A DNA stretch of 52,755 nucleotides, taken from the IMG/VR virus record IMGVR_UViG_3300030406_006533, positions 1 through 52,755 of that record. One strand, written 5' to 3'. The stretch comes from a virus. Its lineage: Duplodnaviria > Caudoviricetes. Below the pieces are notes generated by a model. It saw only the letters and a list, made by a program, of their open reading frames with translations, searched no databases and was not told where the DNA came from. Each line of letters starts with the position of its first letter. The stretch's first letter is position 1. A program made the position numbers and the translations under genes. Shown in pieces: positions 31,032 through 39,107 of this stretch.

Positions 31032-34000
31032 TTATCTCAGTGCTAATATTAATGGTGTGACTTGTGCTTGAATTGATCTACTAAAATCTCTTCCAGTGAT
31101 ACTTGAAGTTGTTTGGTTAATTTGTAAACCCTCTCCTATATCAAAATTACCTTGCTGATCCGTAGATGTGAATGGAATCTGTGCTCCATCTCTGGATACG
31201 ATTTCATTTGCCTTTATAGGAATTGCACCTTGTAAGGGTGTCGATATATTTATGTCTGTACCAGCACCAACGTACTCAAAAGAGTGAGAACTTGTTAAGA
31301 TACGACTAATTCTTTGTAAGGAGAAAGGATCATCTGGGAACAATTCATATGGTATGAATTCATTAAAGGTCACAGTAGCTATTCCTATTGATCCGACAGG
31401 ATTTTCAGTAGAGGATTCAACAGTGAAAAATATTGGTTCCATCACAGCTGTTGCGAGTCCTGTATTACCCTCAATATCAACGACTATATTTTGCCCTGAA
31501 AGATAATTTCTACCCTGTGCAATTACATCGACACCAACAAGTTTTCCTGTTGCGTCTACGTCTGCAACTGCCTCTGCAATAATACCTTGTGGTCCTTTTG
31601 GTTCCACCTCCCCATCAAAATCTCTTATTAAAACACTCGGTGGATCTATTGCACTAAATCCTTGTAAATCACTTCCAGTTGCGATTAAATTAATAGACCT
31701 TAACTGTTGAAGAGGTTCTGTAATTCTTCCAGTATCATCAATTCCAGTGGTAATACCCGCGGTATTCACATCTCCTACGTAATTACCTAAATCTATTTTA
31801 AAAAATAACGCCTGACCATCAAAGGGTCTTCTTTCTATACCATCTAAATCTCTAACATTTGCACATACAACAGTATCCTGTCCTTCAGGATTCGTACTTC
31901 CTATCAAGTCCCCTGTAACGTCTCTATTACTTACAATACCAGTAAATTGTGTAGATCCTAAACCAACAGCAACCAAACCAAAATTACCAAATGAAGAGTT
32001 TGAGTTTGTTAGGTCACACTGTGCACCACTCGACGCAAATATTCCAATATCACAACTAATTGTAAATATTGATACTAACTGAGCATATCCATTATTTGTG
32101 AGAGAAACACCTATTCCATTTTCATTATATTGCGTATAAGAGTCAACCACCATAGATTTCAAATCACCACCGATTGTTGAAGCAGTTGCATTATCACCAT
32201 CAACTTTTAATCCGATACTATCAGTCATAAAGTTGGTGCAGTTTCTTACATATGGTGATCTCCATCTACCACTCGGACCCTCAGTTGCAGGTCCAGGTTC
32301 TGTATATCCAGTGACTGCACTATCAGCTCCAGCAGGAGTTGGGAATGCAACACATGCTGCCCCTGCATGAGAAACTCCAACATTTGATCCACCAAAGTTA
32401 AGGTTCTCTATCAGACATCCTCTTCTTACATGAAAGACATCTTTGTTCTTATTTTTTGATTGTACAGTTACTAATCGAAGATCTTCTCCTGTAACCGAAA
32501 CATCAGTTCTTAAACCAATTGGATTATCTTCGATATACAAACCTGGTCTAATTTTAATCGTATCTGTCTCAACTGCGATTGATGCTGCTGCACCTATAGT
32601 TGCCTTGGCATCACCCTCAAGTAATCCACTATTACTATCAGACCCACTCTTAGAAACCCATATGGTTCTTTTTGTCTGTACACCCGATGGTCTCCATGAT
32701 ACACCAGTTCCTACAGATGCTAGACGATAATCATACTCAACATATTGTCCTGAAGAGTGAAGAACACCACCACTTGCAGACACAAAATTGTGTGTGATTC
32801 CAGCGGCAAGTCCACCATCACCAACATCGACTTCGAAAGTGTTTGTGGTGACATTAGAAATTACTAACCACTTACCACTATTTGGATCTTTTGATCTTGG
32901 ATATGATTGATTAAGAGTTACTCCCTTATAATTACAACTAAGAGTTATCGTACCGTCAGGTATCTGTATAGAATCACCATTTGCAAAATCATGATTAGCA
33001 ATGGTTATTTCCATTATACCAGTTGTTGAATTATAATCAACATCTGTTATTGCGTTTGAAAGATTCTCTGCGACTGTTGTACCAACACTATCGTTTCGAT
33101 CTTTAACTGTGCTATCTATATCAACTGTACCTGAGAAAGTTGATACACCAGTTGCTTTTAAATCATCTAACTCAGTATGACCATCAACATCCAAATTGGC
33201 ATTTGCATCTATATTAGCATGGAATGTAGAAACACCAGATATATTTAATTGATTGGCAAATAATGTACTCTTTTGAGTAGTAATTCCAATAAAAGTAGAA
33301 ACTCCAGAATTACTTAATTGTGTAGTAAATAAAGTGCTTTTTTGAGTTGTGATTCCAACGAATGTAGATATACCAGTTACATTTAAAGTTTGAGTTTCAG
33401 TATTTCCAAAAACTGTAATTCCAGATCCAACAGTTCTTAATTTTTCTATATTGGGAGTAGTTCCATCTTGAGATACTCCTACCAGACTGACTGCACCACT
33501 ATTTCCAATACTTACAGTTCCAGCATTACCTGGTCTTATGTTTATTGCAGCAAAGAGAGAGGTATCATCCTGACCTATGGTTAGAATATTATTTTCTTTT
33601 TCAATAATTCTTCTTAAGTACCTATTATCATTACCTGCCTGTAATTCTAATGCATAAATACCAAAGTTTTCATTTACAACAATTGCAGTATCATTTTTTG
33701 TATCACCACTTGGATGTGGGGCAGTAAACGATCCACCTGTGAGGTGAATCATATTTGAGGTAATTATACCTGAATTTGATATTTTATTTGTAAATATCTG
33801 ATCATTAAATGTAGATACACCTATAAATGTTGATACACCAGATACTCTTAGATCATCTAATTCAGTATGTCCATCAACATTAAGATCCGCATTCATAGCT
33901 ACGTTTGCATTAAATGTTGATGTTGCATTTACCGTCAAACTGTCACCAGATGCATCACCAAGTATCGTATTTCCTGCTACATCTAAACTTCCATTTGCAT

Positions 34001-35519
34001 CTATATCACTGTTAAATGTAGCTAACTCTGCTACATTTAATACATCTAAATCTGTCTGTCCATCTACGTCTAAATTTGCATTCGCATCTATATTTCCAGT
34101 AACTGTTAAAATCTCACCAATATTTACATTACTAGCAATACCAACACCACCAGCGATTACAACAGATCCACTTGTCGTATTTGTTGATTGTGTGGCATCA
34201 TGCACATTTAAAGTTCCAGCAATCTCTACATTATTACCAAAAGTAGATAGACCAACAAAAGTCGAAATGCCAGTAACTTTGAGAGTGCCTTGTAGTTCTG
34301 TATTTCCGATTACATCCAAACTTACGGATGGAGCACTACTTCCAATACCAACACTCGACATTCTGTATATGTCATTTCCTTCAAATCCCCAAAAATCTTG
34401 AGTGAATACCGTTGCCAATCCAGTGGGTGAGGTAGGATTCGCTGCAGTTGCTGTAATGTTATCTGTACCAGTACCAAAACTATTTTGTTGTTCAAAATTA
34501 ACTGTTGTGAACGATTGAGCGATTCCAGGAGCAGGGGGAACCTCTTCACCCTCATTTTGTAGAAAAATACCCTCTGAAAATTCTGGTGTAATTGGCACCC
34601 ATCTTATACCAGATCCAGTCTTCTTTAAGAAAAAATTGTTACCACCAGGTGCTCCAGTTGAATCGTAAATATTTCTTGTGACTGCAATACTACCATCAAC
34701 TGCTAATCTTAAGGGTCCTTCTCCAGCATCATTTAGTTGGTCAGTTATATAAACAGCATTTGTAGTTCCCAGTCCGACTCTTGAAGTTCGAATGCCAACG
34801 TCAGGAACTATTAAATCACCAAAAACTGTAATTCCTACCCCAGTGGTTGCAAATCTTCTTGTATTATTATTGAATAATTCTACACCCGCATTATTTGTAA
34901 AAGTCGCATAATTTTGATTATTAGCATTATTTGTTAAAGTAATCTTGTTTGATCTTATGTCAAGTGTTCCACTAGCATCTTGGATAACACTTCCACCAGC
35001 AGTTTTAACATTAACGGTATTAAAGAATGTTGAAACTCCAGAATTACTTAATTGTGTAGTAAATAAAGTACTCTTTTGAGTTGTAATTCCAACAAATGTT
35101 GATAAACCACTTACATTTAAATTTGTAAGATCTAAATCAATTATCTTCGCCTTTCCACCTACATCTAATAATTCTGTTGGTTGAGTGCTTCCAATACCAA
35201 CTTTTCCTGGATTTAATCTAGAATCTGCAGTTATAACTGTTCCACCAGTTCCAACTCTCAATCTATCTCTAACTTCTAAGTCAGGGAAAGATAAAGCTTG
35301 ACTAAAATTGACGACACCTAAAAAACTAACATCATCATTAAAAGTAGTTATACCTGTTATTTGAAGATTAGGTATACCACGTATATCTGGAACATTTAAT
35401 CGATTTAAACTTAATTCTTGTTTTGGTAAAGTTAGAAATCCGTTAATATTAACATCTTTTAAAAATGTTACATTTTCATTAAATTGAGCTTCATTACCCG
35501 TGATCGAAATATTCGACAT
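31032..35519 (-). CDS. Virion structural/fibre protein (1495 aa) with C-terminal pectate-lyase-like beta-helix domain
   Basis: GVSTF repeats at the N-terminus; IWVSKSGSDSNSG...AKATIGAA...DTIKIRPG.Y.EDNPI motif typical of beta-helix starts. Confidence 0.8.
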   Translation of the reverse strand: MSNISITGNEAQFNENVTFLKDVNINGFLTLPKQELSLNRLNVPDIRGIPNLQITGITTFNDDVSFLGVVNFSQALSFPDLEVRDRLRVGTGGTVITADSRLNPGKVGIGSTQPTELLDVGGKAKIIDLDLTNLNVSGLSTFVGITTQKSTLFTTQLSNSGVSTFFNTVNVKTAGGSVIQDASGTLDIRSNKITLTNNANNQNYATFTNNAGVELFNNNTRRFATTGVGITVFGDLIVPDVGIRTSRVGLGTTNAVYITDQLNDAGEGPLRLAVDGSIAVTRNIYDSTGAPGGNNFFLKKTGSGIRWVPITPEFSEGIFLQNEGEEVPPAPGIAQSFTTVNFEQQNSFGTGTDNITATAANPTSPTGLATVFTQDFWGFEGNDIYRMSSVGIGSSAPSVSLDVIGNTELQGTLKVTGISTFVGLSTFGNNVEIAGTLNVHDATQSTNTTSGSVVIAGGVGIASNVNIGEILTVTGNIDANANLDVDGQTDLDVLNVAELATFNSDIDANGSLDVAGNTILGDASGDSLTVNATSTFNANVAMNADLNVDGHTELDDLRVSGVSTFIGVSTFNDQIFTNKISNSGIITSNMIHLTGGSFTAPHPSGDTKNDTAIVVNENFGIYALELQAGNDNRYLRRIIEKENNILTIGQDDTSLFAAINIRPGNAGTVSIGNSGAVSLVGVSQDGTTPNIEKLRTVGSGITVFGNTETQTLNVTGISTFVGITTQKSTLFTTQLSNSGVSTFIGITTQKSTLFANQLNISGVSTFHANIDANANLDVDGHTELDDLKATGVSTFSGTVDIDSTVKDRNDSVGTTVAENLSNAITDVDYNSTTGIMEITIANHDFANGDSIQIPDGTITLSCNYKGVTLNQSYPRSKDPNSGKWLVISNVTTNTFEVDVGDGGLAAGITHNFVSASGGVLHSSGQYVEYDYRLASVGTGVSWRPSGVQTKRTIWVSKSGSDSNSGLLEGDAKATIGAAASIAVETDTIKIRPGLYIEDNPIGLRTDVSVTGEDLRLVTVQSKNKNKDVFHVRRGCLIENLNFGGSNVGVSHAGAACVAFPTPAGADSAVTGYTEPGPATEGPSGRWRSPYVRNCTNFMTDSIGLKVDGDNATASTIGGDLKSMVVDSYTQYNENGIGVSLTNNGYAQLVSIFTISCDIGIFASSGAQCDLTNSNSSFGNFGLVAVGLGSTQFTGIVSNRDVTGDLIGSTNPEGQDTVVCANVRDLDGIERRPFDGQALFFKIDLGNYVGDVNTAGITTGIDDTGRITEPLQQLRSINLIATGSDLQGFSAIDPPSVLIRDFDGEVEPKGPQGIIAEAVADVDATGKLVGVDVIAQGRNYLSGQNIVVDIEGNTGLATAVMEPIFFTVESSTENPVGSIGIATVTFNEFIPYELFPDDPFSLQRISRILTSSHSFEYVGAGTDINISTPLQGAIPIKANEIVSRDGAQIPFTSTDQQGNFDIGEGLQINQTTSSITGRDFSRSIQAQVTPLILALR

Positions 35520-35522
35520 ATC

Positions 35523-35567
35523 TCAATCTCCCGTTCTACGATTTATTTCAAAACTTTTATCGACCAT
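35523..35567 (-). pseudogene. 14-codon mini-ORF MVDKSFEINRRTGD*, possibly a gene remnant or uORF
   Basis: ATG 14 nt after a late promoter; stop ends 3 nt before the next ATG. Confidence 0.35.
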
Positions 35568-35581
35568 TGATACTTTTTAAT

Positions 35582-35589
35582 TATTTATG
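35582..35589 (-). promoter_or_regulatory. Late promoter CATAAATA
   Basis: NATAAATA just after the subtilase stop codon. Confidence 0.7.
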
Positions 35590-35595
35590 TGCTTT

Positions 35596-38502
35596 TTAAG
35601 TGATATCAAGGTTGCCAGAAAATGATAATGCACCTCCAACAAATCTTAGTGAAAATTCACCATCAACAATAGGTGGGTCGGCAGTGCTAAATCTTAAACT
35701 TGTTTTATCTGATATTCCAGCATAAGAATTACCTGCAGCGTCATCAAAGGCTGTGGCAGCAATTTGAACATAAAAAACTGTATCATCTTCTAAATCACTA
35801 CTTGGGTTTATTGTTATCTGACTGGTTCCTGATCCCGTCACCTGACCACTTGTTACGTTAATCGTTTCTACAACAGAATCATCTGATGCCTTATAGATAA
35901 CAATATTTCCACTTTCTGCATCTACTGCTTCAGAAAAATTAAGAACGATGTTCGCATTTATTGCGACTCCTGTAGCATTGTTAGATGGAACAGAACTACT
36001 TAAAGTTGGATTAGTAGTATCAATAGCAGTATCAAAAGGAACAATGGCAGGACCACCTTGTAAACTATTTTGATCAGTCCATCCTGAATCATTAACAGAT
36101 GCTGAATCAGTTCCAAAATGAAAATCATTTGTATCTTGTTGACCAATTGATGTTAACCAACTTTTAATATCTGTAGAAGTCCAAGTTCGATTATATTGTA
36201 ATTTTGTGGCAATTAAACCAACTGCAATTGGACAGGCAGAACTCGTTCCATTAAAATATCTATCGTAACTACGGGGAGATGTAACAGAATTATAGGTATA
36301 AAAAGAATCATAACGAGGATATCCACTTTTTCTATTATCAGAAGCTGCAAATGTATCATCTGCAACAGAATAAAGATCAACAAAATCACCAGTACCACTA
36401 TAATTTACTTTTCTTTCTTTCCCAGATGAAAAATCATCATCTAATGCTCCAATTACAATTGTATTATTAAATGCAGTTGGAAAACCTCCCCTATTAAGAG
36501 TTTTATGATAAGTCAGTCCATCAGTGGATCTATAAAATTGTGTTGAACTTAAAGAACTATTAGAACTAGAACCAACATAATTATTATAATCTGCGTGAGT
36601 GCTTTTGACCATCTTTTGATTACGGTTTCCAGCAGAACATACAAAAATAACCCCTGCTGCAGTCATTTCATTTGCAGCAGTCATAGTTGATCCACTTATA
36701 GGTTCATACTGGACAACAGCATCAACACTATCAGGAGTTCGATTGGTCATGAATCTTGGAGCAGTCCCTCCTGTGCCATCAGTGTTAGCATCTCCATCCC
36801 AACTAGTGTATTGAACTCCAGTTGTAGTGCCATCAATTGAAGCAGGTCGATAAAAATAGTAACCACTTGACATACTTTCCGAATCTGTCCTAAATCTTCT
36901 TCCCCAACTATTACTAGAGATTGTTGGATTTTTATTCCCATAAGTTGGATTTGTTGGTTTAGTCTGATGAAATATTTTTTGTAAATCAAAACCCCTTTCA
37001 AAATACACACCACCTGATCCATAAAGATTTAAAAACCATTTATTTGCATTATAAGCCCAACCATACTGTCTCCCATATGCCTGAGAAGCACATGGTGTTC
37101 CATGACTTCCAGTTCCACCTTTATAACTTTTATGAGTTCCATTACATCTATCTCTATTATAATCTCCTCTATGTGGTCCGTTTGCAAACCAAGCACTAGT
37201 GCTAGGTGCAGTGATCGTTATATCATACGTTGATACTGATCCCGTACCAGTGCAAGGATTATCTTTAACAAGAATATATCCATACATAGAGTGATTAGCA
37301 CACCGAATATAATAAAACCCTGCAGTATTAGGTGTCCATGATGTTGTCGAGTTTCCATTAGCACCTTGACCTGTGGCAGCTGGAGTGCTGACCTGATTTC
37401 CAGTTCCAGATGTGTTTGACGTTTTAATATAAAATGCATGTTCAGTTCCAACATTTGACATATTAAAGTTGACAGTATCTCCAACATAAAGTCTAACGTA
37501 TGGAGTCGCTTGATTTATAATAGCACCTGAGTCAGGAGTCACAGTTCCTACGCTTGCATAAGCAGCAGATCTTTTTGATGCATCAGACCACCATTCCTTT
37601 GCAACAGATTCAACTGGAACTTTTGTTCCATCCCAACGAGTGGTTAATCTTGTACTAGGACTTGCCTCAAACCATGCAGAGTCAAGATAATAAGGAGCAT
37701 CTAAAACTAAATCCAATACATCACACATACCAGTTGTGGAAGAGGATGAAAATCCATTTCTTAAAGCATTACCACCAACATAATTACTCGGTGCTTCAGT
37801 AGAAGCATTTCCCCCTATACCATCTCCTTGTGAAGCATCATAAGTTTTTATATCTGTAATTGCACTTGGATTGCAAAATTCAATATGCCCAAACCACATA
37901 TCTTCATCACATACAATTACATCAACATCTGATCCTGTTCCATGTTGAGGTAATTTGTTACTAATTACGGATGTTGCATCTCCCAATGTCACCCAAGGAT
38001 TTTTTTTTGCTGAGTGTCGATGTAATTGAGCTGAACATCTATTCAATTTATCAGAATTATAATTCTCACGAATACCTCCAGAAGTACTAGTTATTTTTTG
38101 TTGGTTTTTTACATTTGATGAATATCTATCAGTTAAGGTTTCAGTTAATTCATCTGGATTGATTGCATAAGTTCCTGGATATGCACATGCATTAATATTT
38201 ACATAGTCTACTTTTGGATTTGATCTAAGTTCAGTTGCTTCAGTATCTGTTAATAAATATATTCCTCTTACATCACTTTGAAGACAATCATTTACACACT
38301 CACATTTATCCGTTGGTATATTATCCTCTAATGATCCATCTTTCATCAATTCTGCATGAATAAATTCCCAGTCACTTTTTTGAAAACAACCAACACAATA
38401 TTCTTTTTTTACATCACCTAATGGTTCTTTAGGTGCTCTACTTTTTTCTTCTTCAAAAATTGCTTTTCGACTTTCATAATCATCAAGATCAATTAAACTC
38501 AT
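35596..38502 (-). CDS. Subtilisin-like serine protease (S8) with N-terminal prodomain-like region, inserted cupredoxin-like domain and C-terminal Ig-like (Big_5-type) domain
   Basis: Catalytic motifs DVDVIVCD (Asp), SHGTPCAS (His), SAGN (oxyanion Asn), FNGTSSACP (Ser); C-terminal DTTNPTL.SS.P.NNATGV..N.NIVL.FSEAV. Confidence 0.88.
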   Translation of the reverse strand: MSLIDLDDYESRKAIFEEEKSRAPKEPLGDVKKEYCVGCFQKSDWEFIHAELMKDGSLEDNIPTDKCECVNDCLQSDVRGIYLLTDTEATELRSNPKVDYVNINACAYPGTYAINPDELTETLTDRYSSNVKNQQKITSTSGGIRENYNSDKLNRCSAQLHRHSAKKNPWVTLGDATSVISNKLPQHGTGSDVDVIVCDEDMWFGHIEFCNPSAITDIKTYDASQGDGIGGNASTEAPSNYVGGNALRNGFSSSSTTGMCDVLDLVLDAPYYLDSAWFEASPSTRLTTRWDGTKVPVESVAKEWWSDASKRSAAYASVGTVTPDSGAIINQATPYVRLYVGDTVNFNMSNVGTEHAFYIKTSNTSGTGNQVSTPAATGQGANGNSTTSWTPNTAGFYYIRCANHSMYGYILVKDNPCTGTGSVSTYDITITAPSTSAWFANGPHRGDYNRDRCNGTHKSYKGGTGSHGTPCASQAYGRQYGWAYNANKWFLNLYGSGGVYFERGFDLQKIFHQTKPTNPTYGNKNPTISSNSWGRRFRTDSESMSSGYYFYRPASIDGTTTGVQYTSWDGDANTDGTGGTAPRFMTNRTPDSVDAVVQYEPISGSTMTAANEMTAAGVIFVCSAGNRNQKMVKSTHADYNNYVGSSSNSSLSSTQFYRSTDGLTYHKTLNRGGFPTAFNNTIVIGALDDDFSSGKERKVNYSGTGDFVDLYSVADDTFAASDNRKSGYPRYDSFYTYNSVTSPRSYDRYFNGTSSACPIAVGLIATKLQYNRTWTSTDIKSWLTSIGQQDTNDFHFGTDSASVNDSGWTDQNSLQGGPAIVPFDTAIDTTNPTLSSSVPSNNATGVAINANIVLNFSEAVDAESGNIVIYKASDDSVVETINVTSGQVTGSGTSQITINPSSDLEDDTVFYVQIAATAFDDAAGNSYAGISDKTSLRFSTADPPIVDGEFSLRFVGGALSFSGNLDIT

Positions 38503-38510
38503 AATTTATG

Positions 38511-39107
38511 TTACCTCCCTAAATCTGGTACATCTCCAGTCCCTGAAACAACTGGTTTTGATATAAACTTATCACCTGCAGGAGGATTTTTAAGATAATC
38601 CTCACCGACATAACTACCTTTAAATACTCTCTGTAAAAAACCACCAACAGTTTTCTCAATCAAATTTCCAATAAGACCTACTGCTTGAACTTTTGTTCCT
38701 TTCAAGGTCACTGTTGATGCAGCGTTTAAAGTTATATTGCGACCAGCTTTTAAATCAATATCCTCATCTGCCTGAACAATCACACTTCCTCCAGAGATTT
38801 TTACCTGACCATTACCCATCACAGTTATTTCAATGTTTCCCTCGATTGATTTAATCATAATTGATTCATCACTTCCACTATTTTTAGATCCTGCGACCAC
38901 CTCAATTGTTCTTTCATTATGAAGTCGAAATACTCCAGATTCACTTAGTGCAGAAAATTGTTTATCTTTATTGTCAGTAACTGCATATTGTAAATATGTA
39001 TTTGGACCATCAGCTCCCATTTGAGGATTGTTTACATCAATTCGAAACTTAGGTCCTCTACTATCAATTACTCTTTGTTCCCAATTTTGATTTGGTTTTT
39101 CAGCCAT
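38511..39107 (-). CDS. Probable gp5 C-terminal (beta-helix needle)-like protein encoded as a separate gene
   Basis: Coupled to gp5 (TAATG); repetitive beta strands I.I.A.EDI.L.AGRNI.L.A. Confidence 0.6.
   Translation of the reverse strand: MAEKPNQNWEQRVIDSRGPKFRIDVNNPQMGADGPNTYLQYAVTDNKDKQFSALSESGVFRLHNERTIEVVAGSKNSGSDESIMIKSIEGNIEITVMGNGQVKISGGSVIVQADEDIDLKAGRNITLNAASTVTLKGTKVQAVGLIGNLIEKTVGGFLQRVFKGSYVGEDYLKNPPAGDKFISKPVVSGTGDVPDLGR

Noticed and set aside
7848-35519. Diversity-generating retroelement or shufflon as the cause of the fibre repeats
   Set aside because: No reverse transcriptase or invertase in the window, repeats are direct and in-frame within coding sequence, and differences between copies are not adenine-specific as far as I could see
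3902-37487. Short same-strand alternative-frame ORFs inside the large genes
   Set aside because: Leu/Ile/Met-rich off-frame translations with no recognisable motifs or slippery-site evidence
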